Below the pieces are notes generated by a model that did no database searches, had not been told where the DNA came from, and was given only the letters and a program-made list of their open reading frames with translations. From NCBI GenBank assembly GCA_964356225.1, contig CAYHGA010000004.1, positions 1-62,856 of the forward strand: a stretch of DNA of 62,856 nucleotides, written 5' to 3'. Source of the DNA: an uncultured Gammaproteobacteria bacterium (lineage in GTDB: Bacteria; Patescibacteriota; Microgenomatia; CAZETR01; Amesbacteraceae). The position numbers and the translations under genes were made by a program. How positions within the stretch are numbered: the first letter of the stretch is position 1; each line of letters opens with the position of its first letter. This document shows, piece after piece, positions 50,454 to 59,983 of the stretch.

Positions 50454-51064
50454 TATCTAAATTATTTAATAAAAATAAGAATAGGTGTATGGAAAGGGCA
50501 AAGTATTTTTTACATGGTGGAGCAACAGGAAAAGATACGGAAAGAAATCACGTTTTTTTTCGTGAGATAATAGATAGTGTTGGAAATAAACCGATAAATA
50601 TTTTGCTTATCTACTTTGCGAGAGCAGAGGGTGTTTGGAGATCTCTTTTTGAAGAAGACATGAAAAAGTTCACAGAAGCCTCGTTTCGAAGAGGCTTACA
50701 CAATATCGAGGTAGGCGATATTAACGTCGGTATTCTTTCTGATCAGATTAAAGAGGCAAACATTATTTTTATAAGAGGAGGAGATACTGACAAATTACGT
50801 AGAAAAATGGACGAAGTTGCCAATCTTGAAGATCTTTTACAGGGCAAAGTGATAGCAGGTTCATCTGCAGGAGCTTACATATTAAGCAGCTACTATTATG
50901 CAAATAGCAAGAACGAAATTAAACAGGGGATGGGGATACTTCCCATTAAAATCTTCGCACATTATTCAGATGATCAAATAGATAATTTCAGAAAGTTGGA
51001 AATGTTTGGACCTGACATGCCGGTTTTGAAAATTGAAGAAGCCGACTTTGAAGTTTATACATAA
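50450..51064 (+). CDS. Peptidase S51 (dipeptidase E / cyanophycinase-like)
   Basis: LHGG, IRGGDT, IAGSSAGA and FAHY motifs. Confidence 0.85.
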   Translation: MISKLFNKNKNRCMERAKYFLHGGATGKDTERNHVFFREIIDSVGNKPINILLIYFARAEGVWRSLFEEDMKKFTEASFRRGLHNIEVGDINVGILSDQIKEANIIFIRGGDTDKLRRKMDEVANLEDLLQGKVIAGSSAGAYILSSYYYANSKNEIKQGMGILPIKIFAHYSDDQIDNFRKLEMFGPDMPVLKIEEADFEVYT

Positions 51065-51109
51065 AATGAATTATTTGTGGAAGGGGGCAAGCCAAGGTGG
51101 GTAACGGAA

Positions 51110-51706
51110 TTACAGGTTTGTGGCTAAGTGAGAGAGGCAGAGTTTGAGGTTGCAGTTGGCTTTAAGATACCTGCGGGTATCGGTTATGAGTTCATAGTTG
51201 ATAGTTGGTGGTAGACCGGATGAGATTTGCTGATGCAACAGATATTCCAGATTGTCGAGGAAGGCGAGGGCGGATTCACGGGTGAATTCTTGGTCTTCGA
51301 GAATTTTTAACCTGTCCCCTACCCCGGCGGGCTGGAGTTTTTTAAGAAGATTGGTCGCGTGGGACAAATCTTGGGTGCTAGGTGCTAGGTGCTGGGGGCT
51401 AGGTACAATTTGGACCCGGGATAAAATGGTGGGGAGGAGAGAGTAAGGAGACGAAGTGACTAAGTAGATTAAGGAGCCCCCGGGCGGTTCTTCGAGAGTT
51501 TTGAGGAGGGCGTGCTGGGCAGGTAAAGTAAGTAAGTGGGCCTGGTGAATAATTACGGTGTTGTGGTCAGATTGGATGGGTTTTCTGGAGAGAAAGAATT
51601 GGATCTGACGGACTGCGTCGATGCCAATGGAGGGGTCGGGCACGATATGAAGTGTGTCAGGCCCTTCGGCAAGCTCAGGGTTAACTGTTGTTAAGAATGC
51701 ATGCAT
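51110..51706 (-). CDS. holB: DNA polymerase III delta' subunit-like
   Basis: IGIDAVR, IHQAHLLT..AQHALLKTLEEPP and LLPTILSR motifs. Confidence 0.82.
   Translation of the reverse strand: MHAFLTTVNPELAEGPDTLHIVPDPSIGIDAVRQIQFFLSRKPIQSDHNTVIIHQAHLLTLPAQHALLKTLEEPPGGSLIYLVTSSPYSLLPTILSRVQIVPSPQHLAPSTQDLSHATNLLKKLQPAGVGDRLKILEDQEFTRESALAFLDNLEYLLHQQISSGLPPTINYELITDTRRYLKANCNLKLCLSHLATNL
51182..51209 (+). repeat. Heptamer tandem repeat inside holB
   Basis: ggttatg agttcat agttgat agttggt; encodes PTINYELIT. Confidence 0.65.
51373..51400 (+). repeat. Heptamer tandem repeat inside holB
   Basis: gggtgct aggtgct aggtgct gggggct; encodes PQHLAPSTQ. Confidence 0.75.
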
Positions 51707-51722
51707 GTAATACTATTATAGT

Positions 51723-53447
51723 ATGCCTGCCCAGAATTCCGACGATGCGGGAGTGGTGGATGTCCTGCTAAAAGAAAAAAAAGTAACGGCCGAGGAGGCT
51801 AAAAGCGCCCAAATGGCGTTTGTGGCTACCGGGAAAAAAGCTACGGAATGGCTGATGGAGCAAGGCAAAACCACGGAGGAAGACGTGATTGTGGCCCGGG
51901 CGGCTTTTTACAATGTGCCGTTTATAAAATTGTCCGAGCAGGCGATTTCCCCGATTGCTTTGTCCTATATCGATCAGCCGGTGGCGCAGAGATTTATGGC
52001 TATGCCTTTTGATTACAAACCAGAAGCCCACGAGCTGTGGGTGGCTATGGCCAACCCGGTAGACTTGGCGGCCATTGAATTTCTGGAAAAAAGGTCGAAG
52101 CTGCGGGTTAAACCGTATGCGGCGATGCCAGCAGAGGTAGCGAAAGCCATAGATACCCGGTATGAACAGAGCTTGTCCGGCGAAGTGACGGCGGCGTTGA
52201 AGGAAGCCGGTGGAAATACGGCGACGGCGGAAGTGAAAACGGTAGATGTGCGGCGGATGGGAGAACTAATCAAGGAGGCTCCGATTGCCAAGATTGTGAC
52301 TACGATTTTGGAGTTTGCCATGAAATCCAGGTCCAGCGATGTGCACATTGAGCCGATGGAAGGGCGGACGAGAGTAAGATACCGGATTGATGGTATTTTG
52401 CACGAAAAATTGGTGCTGCCGCGGCGAATTCACGAGGCGCTGATTTCCCGGATCAAAATTTTGTCGGATATGAAGATTGATGAGAAAAGAATTCCCCAGG
52501 ATGGCAGATTTAACTTCCGGACTGAAGTCGAAGAGGTGGATTTGCGGGTATCTACACTGCCCACGGCTTTTGGGGAAAAAGTAGTGATGCGGCTTCTGAA
52601 AAAATCGGGGGGGGTGCCGACGTTGCAGGAATTGGGTTTACGGGGACGGGCGCTGAAGAACCTGGAAGAAGCGATACTGCGGCCGCATGGAATAATTTTG
52701 GTGACCGGGCCGACCGGATCGGGAAAAACTACGACTCTGTATTCGGTGCTGTCACGGATCAGTACCGTAAAAGTGAATGTGGTGACGATTGAAGATCCGG
52801 TGGAATACCAGATTCCGGGAGTGAACCAGGTACAAATTAATCCCCAGGCGGGGCTGACTTTTGCCTCGGGACTGCGGGCGTTTTTGCGGCAGGACCCGAA
52901 CGTAATTATGGTGGGAGAAATCCGGGATCAGGAGACGACGGATTTGGCTACCCAAGCGGCCCTGACCGGGCATCTGGTGTTTTCCACTTTGCATACCAGT
53001 TCCGCGGCGGGAGCGTTGCCGAGACTTTTGGACATGAAAGCAGAGCCTTATTTGCTGGCATCGACAATGACCTGCATTGTGGCCCAGCGGGTGGCCAGAA
53101 AGATTTGCCAGACGTGCAGAAAACCATATGAACCGGTGCCGGAAGTGGTGAAAGATATCAAGGATATTTTAGGTAAGTTATGGGCGCCTGAAGAGAAAGT
53201 AATGTTATACAAAGGCGAGGGCTGTGAGGAGTGCGGGCGGGCCGGATACCGGGGAAGGACGGGCATATTTGAGGTGTTGCCGGTTTCGGAAAAAATCGGG
53301 AGGTTAATTTTAGAGCGGGCGCCGGCGGTAGACATTGAGAAACAAGCGGAAGAAGAAGGTATGATTACTATGAAGCAGGACGGTTATTTGAAAGTTGTCG
53401 AAGGGCTAACGACAATTGATGAAGTTCTGCGGGTGGCCCAGGAATAA
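51723..53447 (+). CDS. pilB: Type IV pilus assembly ATPase (PilB/GspE)
   Basis: SDVHIEP, PQDGR, GPTGSGKTTT, LRQDPNVIMVGEIRD, TGHLVFSTLH and Cys4 motif. Confidence 0.95.
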   Translation: MPAQNSDDAGVVDVLLKEKKVTAEEAKSAQMAFVATGKKATEWLMEQGKTTEEDVIVARAAFYNVPFIKLSEQAISPIALSYIDQPVAQRFMAMPFDYKPEAHELWVAMANPVDLAAIEFLEKRSKLRVKPYAAMPAEVAKAIDTRYEQSLSGEVTAALKEAGGNTATAEVKTVDVRRMGELIKEAPIAKIVTTILEFAMKSRSSDVHIEPMEGRTRVRYRIDGILHEKLVLPRRIHEALISRIKILSDMKIDEKRIPQDGRFNFRTEVEEVDLRVSTLPTAFGEKVVMRLLKKSGGVPTLQELGLRGRALKNLEEAILRPHGIILVTGPTGSGKTTTLYSVLSRISTVKVNVVTIEDPVEYQIPGVNQVQINPQAGLTFASGLRAFLRQDPNVIMVGEIRDQETTDLATQAALTGHLVFSTLHTSSAAGALPRLLDMKAEPYLLASTMTCIVAQRVARKICQTCRKPYEPVPEVVKDIKDILGKLWAPEEKVMLYKGEGCEECGRAGYRGRTGIFEVLPVSEKIGRLILERAPAVDIEKQAEEEGMITMKQDGYLKVVEGLTTIDEVLRVAQE

Positions 53448-54484
53448 TGAGGACAATACAGGAATTATTGCAATATGTAATTGATAATAAGGGGTCGGAT
53501 TTGCATGTGGTGGTGGGGGCGGCGCCGACGATACGGTTGGATGGAGTACTGGTGCCGGTAGCCGGCGAAGCAGTACTGACCCCCCTGTCGGCGGGACAAC
53601 TGGTAAGCGGTGTGTTGTCGGTTGAACAAAAGGAGGTGCTGACGGTAAACCGGGAATTGGATTTTTCTTTTACACTGGCGGAAAAAGCCAGATTCCGGGT
53701 GAACGCGTATCAGCAAAAAGGATCGATGGCGGCGGCTTTCCGGTTAGTGCCGGCGGTAATTCCGGGAATTGAGGAGTTAGGGTTGCCGAAGATTTGTCAT
53801 CAGTTTGCGGCCCTGAAACAGGGGTTTATTTTAGTGACAGGGCCAACCGGACACGGGAAATCGACAACCTTGGCTGCCATTTTGCAAGAAATTAACCGGA
53901 CCCGGCCGGTGCATATCGTGACCATTGAAGACCCGGTGGAATATGTGTATACGCCGGAAAGAGCATTGGTGTCCCAGAGAGAAATCCGCCAGGATACGCA
54001 TTCCTGGGAAATAGCCTTGCGTTCGGTGTTACGGGAAGACCCGGACGTGGTGCTGATCGGGGAAATGCGGGATTTCGAAACTATCGCGGCGGCGTTGACG
54101 ATTGCGGAAACGGGGCATTTGGTGTTTGCCACACTGCACACTAATTCGGCGGCCCAAACAGTAGACCGGATTGTGGATGTATTCCCGGAATCTCAACAAG
54201 CTCAGGCCAGATTGCAACTGTCGGCGAATTTGGAAGCGGTGTTGTCGCAAAGACTGATCCCTAAAATAACCGGCGGGCGGACAGTGGCCTATGAAATTAT
54301 GCTGGGGAGCGGGGCGGTAAAGACGGCTATCCGCGAAGGACGGACGCACACTTTGGACAACATTATCACGACTTCGGCGGAAGTGGGGATGGTGAGTCTG
54401 GAATCTAACTTGGAGGCGCTGGTGAAAGCGGGAACTATTACTTTGGAAACGGCTCAAGCTTATGGGCTGAAAAGGAACGTATGA
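53447..54484 (+). CDS. pilT: Type IV pilus retraction ATPase
   Basis: RFRVNAY, GPTGHGKSTT, LREDPDVVLIGEMRD and AETGHLVFATLHT motifs. Confidence 0.95.
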   Translation: MRTIQELLQYVIDNKGSDLHVVVGAAPTIRLDGVLVPVAGEAVLTPLSAGQLVSGVLSVEQKEVLTVNRELDFSFTLAEKARFRVNAYQQKGSMAAAFRLVPAVIPGIEELGLPKICHQFAALKQGFILVTGPTGHGKSTTLAAILQEINRTRPVHIVTIEDPVEYVYTPERALVSQREIRQDTHSWEIALRSVLREDPDVVLIGEMRDFETIAAALTIAETGHLVFATLHTNSAAQTVDRIVDVFPESQQAQARLQLSANLEAVLSQRLIPKITGGRTVAYEIMLGSGAVKTAIREGRTHTLDNIITTSAEVGMVSLESNLEALVKAGTITLETAQAYGLKRNV

Positions 54485-55671
54485 GGTTTCGATATAAAGC
54501 CCGGGACGCGCATGGAGCAGAAGTGAAGGGAGTATTGGACGCGCAGGATGCCAAGAACGCGGCGGGAATATTGCGGGAGAAAAAACTGACAGTGATTTCC
54601 GTTTCCAAGGAACTGGAGAGTTTAAATTGGGGAGGATGGGGACGGGTTAATCCGTCCGAAGTGACTAACTTTACCCGGCAGCTGGCAACAATGATCAATG
54701 CCGGATTGCCGATTATAGACGCATTGAATTTGTTGCGACTGCAATCCGGACCCCACATGAGCGGGGCAGTGGGACAAATCATGGCGGATGTACAATCCGG
54801 TGTGTCTTTAAGTGAAGCGATGAGCAAGCACCCGGCGCTGTTTTCAAAAGTATATGTGGCCCTTGTTAAGGCTGGAGAAGCGGCGGGGGTAGTGGAAACA
54901 ATTCTGATTAGGCTGTCAGATACTCTGGAAAAAGGGCGGGTGTTCCGGGGTAAAGTAGTATCTGCCATGATTTATCCGGCCATAATTCTCATCGGAATGG
55001 TGGGGGTGATGATTCTGATGATGGTAGTAGTGATACCCAAGCTGACCGAAGTATATAAACAGTTTGATACTCAATTGCCGCTGGCGACCCGGATAGTGGT
55101 GGGAACGTCTGACGCCTTCATGAAATATTGGTGGCTGATTGCCATCGGGGTAGTCGGGGTAGCCGGGGTAGTCGGGGGATATATGAAGACGCCGGCGGGA
55201 CGGAGATGGTGGGATTCTCTGGCATACAAGTTTCCGGTAATGGGAGCGTTGGCCCGGGAGGCGATGCTGGCAGAACTAACGCGCACACTAGCCTTGTTGG
55301 TCGGATCCGGAGTGGCGATTGTGGAGGCGATTAATATAGTGGCCGGAGCGGTGGGAAATGTAATAGTGGAGGCAGAAATGAAATTGATTGCCAAGCGGGT
55401 GGAGAAAGGGTTTTCTCTGGCAGTGAGCTTTGGGGAATCGCCCAGTTTCCCGCCCATTGTGGGGCAAATGGTGGCCGTAGGGGAAGAGACGGGCAAACTG
55501 GATGACGTTTTGTCTAAGCTGTCTACCTTTTTTGAGGAAGAGAGTGAACAGAAAGTGAAAAACTTGACAACAGCCTTGGAACCCATCATATTAATAGTTA
55601 TGGCATTGGGAGTGGGATTTTTGATGTACGCGATAATTATGCCGATTTACGGAATTACTAATCAGATATGA
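54481..55671 (+). CDS. pilC: Type IV pilus platform protein (PilC/GspF)
   Basis: FTRQLATMINAGLP, AMIYPA, VGEETGKLD and LEPII motifs. Confidence 0.94.
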   Translation: MRFRYKARDAHGAEVKGVLDAQDAKNAAGILREKKLTVISVSKELESLNWGGWGRVNPSEVTNFTRQLATMINAGLPIIDALNLLRLQSGPHMSGAVGQIMADVQSGVSLSEAMSKHPALFSKVYVALVKAGEAAGVVETILIRLSDTLEKGRVFRGKVVSAMIYPAIILIGMVGVMILMMVVVIPKLTEVYKQFDTQLPLATRIVVGTSDAFMKYWWLIAIGVVGVAGVVGGYMKTPAGRRWWDSLAYKFPVMGALAREAMLAELTRTLALLVGSGVAIVEAINIVAGAVGNVIVEAEMKLIAKRVEKGFSLAVSFGESPSFPPIVGQMVAVGEETGKLDDVLSKLSTFFEEESEQKVKNLTTALEPIILIVMALGVGFLMYAIIMPIYGITNQI

Positions 55672-55694
55672 TTATGATTGGGGGTGACAGATAA

Positions 55695-56129
55695 GTGATT
55701 AAAAAAGGTTTTACACTAGTAGAGCTTTTGGTAGTTATGGCGGTGTTGGCAGTTTTGGCTTCCGGGTTAATTGTTGCGATAAACCCAGCCGATAAAATTG
55801 CGGCAGCAAATGACACTAAAGTACAAAACGATATTTCGCAGATAGCTGCGGCGCTGGTAGCGTATTCTGCTGCGAATAGCGGAGATTTTCCAACAAATCT
55901 AGATGCTTTGAATGCTGCAGGAAGTGGAGATTTAACAGTGGTTCCTTCTGCTCCAACTAACTATACTGCTTACGCTTATTCTTATAATAACACTGCAATT
56001 CCGCCAACCGCCCAGGTTGGAGGACAATTAAAGGCGAAGAAGTATACGAACGCAAGCACTCCCGCGTGGGTTTGGTGTTCGAGTGTGGCTAAAGCGGGGC
56101 CTACAGCAACAACGGCTACGTGTCCTTGA
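55695..56129 (+). CDS. Type IV pilin (probable major pilin)
   Basis: KKG/FTLVELLVV class III signal; C-terminal Cys pair. Confidence 0.9.
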   Translation: MIKKGFTLVELLVVMAVLAVLASGLIVAINPADKIAAANDTKVQNDISQIAAALVAYSAANSGDFPTNLDALNAAGSGDLTVVPSAPTNYTAYAYSYNNTAIPPTAQVGGQLKAKKYTNASTPAWVWCSSVAKAGPTATTATCP

Positions 56130-56836
56130 TGTGGTTTGTTTTAGGTTTAATTGCGGGGAGCGTGGCGAATGCGATGGTTGATCGGCTCCCCCGGCGGGAG
56201 TCGTGGTTTGCCGGCCGGTCGCATTGTGATAAATGCGGACATGTGTTGGGAGTCGCGGATTTGGTGCCGGTAGTTTCGTATTTGAGTTTGGGGGGGAAGT
56301 GCAGGTATTGCCGGTCCCCTATTGGGAGGAGAAACCTGGTTGTTGAGTTGTTTCTTGGCCTGTCATTCATAGTCATAAATGGTCATTCATGGTCATACAA
56401 TAGTTTGATTTTGAGCGCGATACTGTGGGTGACGGTGATGATTGCGGTGATGGATTGGGAAACACAGTTGGTTAGTGATTGGCTGGTGGGGGTGTGGTTT
56501 GTTTTGATAATATTCAATGTTCAATATTCAATATTCAATATATACGGGTTGTTAGTTGGAGCAGGAGTTATTGGGGGTTTGTGGCTGGTGACAAAAAAAA
56601 GAGGGATGGGAGAGGGAGATATCGGGATTGCGGCGGTAATGGGGTATTGGCTAGGGTGGCCGAGAATTGCTCCAGCTTTGTGGATTGCGTTTGTAGCTGG
56701 AGCGGCTTATGGTCTTTGGCTATTAGTCTTTGGCAAGATGACGATGAAGAGCAAGATAGCTTTTGGGCCGTGGTTGATGTTGGGGGCGTGGGTGGGATTT
56801 TATTGGGGACAATCTCTAATTGACCTAATTACCTAA
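56120..56836 (+). CDS. pilD: Prepilin peptidase
   Basis: RSHCDKC...D.VP..SY..LGGKCRYC, MDWE, GMGEGD and FGPWL motifs. Confidence 0.92.
   Translation: MSLMWFVLGLIAGSVANAMVDRLPRRESWFAGRSHCDKCGHVLGVADLVPVVSYLSLGGKCRYCRSPIGRRNLVVELFLGLSFIVINGHSWSYNSLILSAILWVTVMIAVMDWETQLVSDWLVGVWFVLIIFNVQYSIFNIYGLLVGAGVIGGLWLVTKKRGMGEGDIGIAAVMGYWLGWPRIAPALWIAFVAGAAYGLWLLVFGKMTMKSKIAFGPWLMLGAWVGFYWGQSLIDLIT
56361..56400 (+). repeat. 10-bp tandem repeat inside pilD
   Basis: tgtcattcat agtcataaat ggtcattcat ggtcatacaa. Confidence 0.6.
56513..56540 (+). repeat. Heptamer tandem repeat inside pilD
   Basis: ttcaatg ttcaata ttcaata ttcaata; encodes FNVQYSIFNI. Confidence 0.85.
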
Positions 56837-56854
56837 TTGGTCTAAATTTATCTA

Positions 56855-57313
56855 GTGGATGGTTTTTCAATTTTAGATTGGAAGAAGGGCGAGATGGGGT
56901 TTGTGGTGGCGGTATTGTTGGTTATTGTGGGCATCTCTGGATTGCAGTTAAGAGTAAGCCAGATGAAGACGCGGGATGCGCAAAGGAAGGCTGATGTGGA
57001 GCTGGTGGGGCGGGCGCTCTCCGTTTATCTGGAGGATCATAAGATTTTGCCGGCGGCGGATGAGGGGAAAATTGTGGGTTGTGGATATCTGGGGGGTGAG
57101 GTGTGTGAATGGGGAGGAGGGCCGATGATTGATGCCGAAGGAGTTACATATCTCAAAAAATTACCGGGAGATCCTTGGTCCGCTAAAGGTTGGAAGTATA
57201 TGTACAGCACGAATGCAGAGAGGACCAGATATAAAATATGCATTAGTCTGGAATATAAAGCTGACAAAGAGTTTAAAAAGGATATACAATGTAATTGGTA
57301 TGCGAAAAACTAG
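56855..57313 (+). CDS. GspG-like pseudopilin with degenerate cleavage motif
   Basis: RDAQRKADV...AL..Y..D...LP and YLKKLPGDP motifs; N-terminus KKGEMGFVV lacks G/F-x3-E. Confidence 0.7.
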   Translation: MDGFSILDWKKGEMGFVVAVLLVIVGISGLQLRVSQMKTRDAQRKADVELVGRALSVYLEDHKILPAADEGKIVGCGYLGGEVCEWGGGPMIDAEGVTYLKKLPGDPWSAKGWKYMYSTNAERTRYKICISLEYKADKEFKKDIQCNWYAKN

Positions 57314-57668
57314 AAAGGCGTTTACATTAGTTGAGCTGATTATTGTGATGTCGATCATCGCGATTTTCGGGGGAATGGTGATGGCTACTTCTGTGACGGG
57401 AAATCTGCAAAAAGGTCGGGATGGAAGGCGGCAGACTGATCTGGAGGCGATTAGATCGGCGCTGGAAATATACAGGAGTGATAAGGGAGAGTACCCGGCG
57501 ACAGGCTCTTTGAATTTATTGGCCCTGGATTACATATCTGTGATACCTAAGGACCCTCAAGATCCGGCTAGAACTTATACATATACTTCCGGGGGGACTA
57601 CGTACCAACTGTGCGCAGACTTGGAAAAGGTGGCAGGAGTGAACGATTATTGTGTGACCAATCCATGA
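57300..57668 (+). CDS. Type IV pilin / GspG-like
   Basis: KA/FTLVELIIV, RDGRRQTDL..IRSALE.Y and IPKDP motifs. Confidence 0.88.
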   Translation: MRKTRKAFTLVELIIVMSIIAIFGGMVMATSVTGNLQKGRDGRRQTDLEAIRSALEIYRSDKGEYPATGSLNLLALDYISVIPKDPQDPARTYTYTSGGTTYQLCADLEKVAGVNDYCVTNP

Positions 57669-58108
57669 GGAAAGCGTTTACAATAGTAGAATTGCTGGTG
57701 GTGATGGCTTTGATTGCGCTGATGGCCGGTTCGGGGGCGGCGATTTCCTTGTCTGCTGGGCGGAAGAAAGCGGTGGAGGAAGCGGCAGAAAATTTGGCTT
57801 CGGCCATGCGGCAGGCTCGGGATTATGTACAGGCCGGGAAGAAAGATGCAGGTTGTGCAGCATCTCTGGACGGATGGCAAGTGAAGGTAGATGTTGATGG
57901 CTATACAGTGCAAGGTAAGTGTGGGGGAACATATTTTGGAAGTCCAAAGAAGAACTTCCAAAACGGAGTGACGTCGAATAGCGGAACAGTGTTCTTTTAT
58001 CCGCTATCTTTGGGAGCAACTTTAACTGGTGCACCCTTTACTTTGACCTCGAATAATCATACAAAAACTGTGACTGTGACTGAGAATGGGGAGGTAAGCG
58101 TACCATGA
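57665..58108 (+). CDS. Minor pilin (FimT/FimU-like)
   Basis: KA/FTIVELLVV; LASAMRQARD. Confidence 0.82.
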   Translation: MRKAFTIVELLVVMALIALMAGSGAAISLSAGRKKAVEEAAENLASAMRQARDYVQAGKKDAGCAASLDGWQVKVDVDGYTVQGKCGGTYFGSPKKNFQNGVTSNSGTVFFYPLSLGATLTGAPFTLTSNNHTKTVTVTENGEVSVP

Positions 58109-58488
58109 GGAAGGGGCAGATGCTTTTGGAGGTAGTGCTGGCGCTGGCGATAGTGACAGTAGTCATGGTGGCGCTGGTGCAGTTGTCCACGCGGTCGGTT
58201 AAAAATTCAGATTATTCCCGAAGTCAGGCGGAAGCGACCTCTTATGCCAGCGAAGCTATGGAATGGATAAGGTCTGATAGGAATACTAAAGGATGGGGAG
58301 CTTGGTGGAATGATCATCCATGTGGACCTACTTGTGATGTAGTTATTGGGAATGGGTACACCGTACATGCAGATATTAATCAGGTACCCGGGATGCCGCA
58401 GCAGATGACGGTATCAGTTACAGTTAGTTGGGATCAAGGCGGGGTAAGCCACTCTGCCAAACAGGATGCGATATTTACACAGTACTAA
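58105..58488 (+). CDS. Minor pilin (PilV-like)
   Basis: KG/QMLLEVVLAL; A.EAMEWIRS. Confidence 0.8.
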   Translation: MRKGQMLLEVVLALAIVTVVMVALVQLSTRSVKNSDYSRSQAEATSYASEAMEWIRSDRNTKGWGAWWNDHPCGPTCDVVIGNGYTVHADINQVPGMPQQMTVSVTVSWDQGGVSHSAKQDAIFTQY

Positions 58489-58969
58489 GGGATTTACTCT
58501 AATTGAAATGCTGATAGCCCTGGCAGTATTCAGCATGCTGGGGGTGATGACGACGGTAATATTGGTAGGAGCATTGCAGGGGGCGAAGAAAGCGGCGGCG
58601 GTGGCTTTGGTGAAAAACGAAGGCAGCCGGGTGATAAACACCATGACCCAAATGCTGAAATATTCCCCCAGTGTTACAGCTTGTGCGCTAAATTCAATAA
58701 CGTTTCAGCCACGGACAGATGCTAGTGATCCGGCTGTTTTTGCCTGTCTGGGGGCAGGGCCATATTATATAGCTTCGAATAGCGCCAGTTTGATAAATAA
58801 TAATAAGGTGGAGATGACGAGCTGTACTATCAGTTGCGATGTTCCCGACACTCAGGCTAAACAGGTTAATATAGATTTTATATTGCGGATGAAAAATGCG
58901 ACTTTCGCTACGGAAAATGCGGATACTATGTTTAAAACACAGATAGAGTTGCGAAACCAGGAGCAATAG
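58466..58969 (+). CDS. Minor pilin (PilW-like)
   Basis: KG/FTLIEMLIAL. Confidence 0.82.
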   Translation: MRYLHSTKGFTLIEMLIALAVFSMLGVMTTVILVGALQGAKKAAAVALVKNEGSRVINTMTQMLKYSPSVTACALNSITFQPRTDASDPAVFACLGAGPYYIASNSASLINNNKVEMTSCTISCDVPDTQAKQVNIDFILRMKNATFATENADTMFKTQIELRNQEQ

Positions 58970-58981
58970 GTTTTAATAGAG

Positions 58982-59686
58982 TTGATGAAACCGGGACAAG
59001 CATTGATAGCGGTGTTGCTGATTTTGGCGGTGATTATGACGGTGTCGTTGTCGATTGCCTCCAGGTCAGCCACAGAAGTAAGCGTATCAACGGCGCAGGA
59101 GGAAGCGGCGCGGGCGCTGGCCGCGGCGGAAGCCGGAGTGGAGGCGAAATTGGGAGGAATAACTACCGGGAGTGGGCAGGTGGGGACCAGTGGTTCGACT
59201 TATACGGTGGAGTTGACAGATTTCGGGGCAGTGAGTACCTCGTTTGTCCTGCCCCAACTGTTGGCGTCCGGCGAATCGGTGAGTGTGAATTTGACAGGGT
59301 ATGGAGCGAATAGTATTGGAGTATGTTGGAACGGGGGAGGAGATTTGGAGACTGCCTTTTATTATGGAAATCCTGTGGCGGTGACGAGAGATTATTTTAC
59401 TACTCCCGCTGGAAATTGTCTCGGGTATAGTGGTTACAATTTCCGGACGGTAGTCTTGGGTGGATCACCGGAACTGTTTTTAAGGTTAAAATTGTTGAAA
59501 AATGCTACAAATGGTCAATTGGTTATTATACCTGCTCCCAATTCTGGTTTACCGAAACAAGGAGATACGATTACGGCTGTGGGGCAGGCGGGAGAATCGG
59601 TGCGCAAGGTAGAAGTTAATAAACAGGACGAGATACCGGATATATTTGAAGCGGCTTTATTTTCCGGAGGAAGTTTAAGCAAGTAA
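58982..59686 (+). CDS. Minor pilin (PilX-like)
   Basis: PG/QALIAVLLIL (no E5); A.AAAEAGVE. Confidence 0.8.
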   Translation: MMKPGQALIAVLLILAVIMTVSLSIASRSATEVSVSTAQEEAARALAAAEAGVEAKLGGITTGSGQVGTSGSTYTVELTDFGAVSTSFVLPQLLASGESVSVNLTGYGANSIGVCWNGGGDLETAFYYGNPVAVTRDYFTTPAGNCLGYSGYNFRTVVLGGSPELFLRLKLLKNATNGQLVIIPAPNSGLPKQGDTITAVGQAGESVRKVEVNKQDEIPDIFEAALFSGGSLSK

Positions 59687-59983
59687 TTGGCCGAAACGGC
59701 GGATTTCGGCAGCCAGTGGATCGTAGGGATTGTCGATATCATTTATTCCGAAGGGGAGGGCTTCGATACGATCATCTACGCGTCGAGATATTTGACGCAA
59801 TTTAACCATTTCGTCAATTAAGTCTTTTCCGAAGTTAGGAGAAACTACACAAATATCTATGTCGCTATATGATTTAGCCTTTCCTTTGGCGTATGATCCA
59901 TATAAATAGGCTTTACTAACCGGAATTCCCACAATGACCAATTCGTCAATGAACTTTTTGCCGATAGAAATAGGGTCAGTCAT
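59675..59983 (-). CDS. Minimal nucleotidyltransferase (MNT) antitoxin
   Basis: YLYGSYAKG...SDIDICVVS. Confidence 0.9.
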   Translation of the reverse strand: MTDPISIGKKFIDELVIVGIPVSKAYLYGSYAKGKAKSYSDIDICVVSPNFGKDLIDEMVKLRQISRRVDDRIEALPFGINDIDNPYDPLAAEIRRFGQLLA

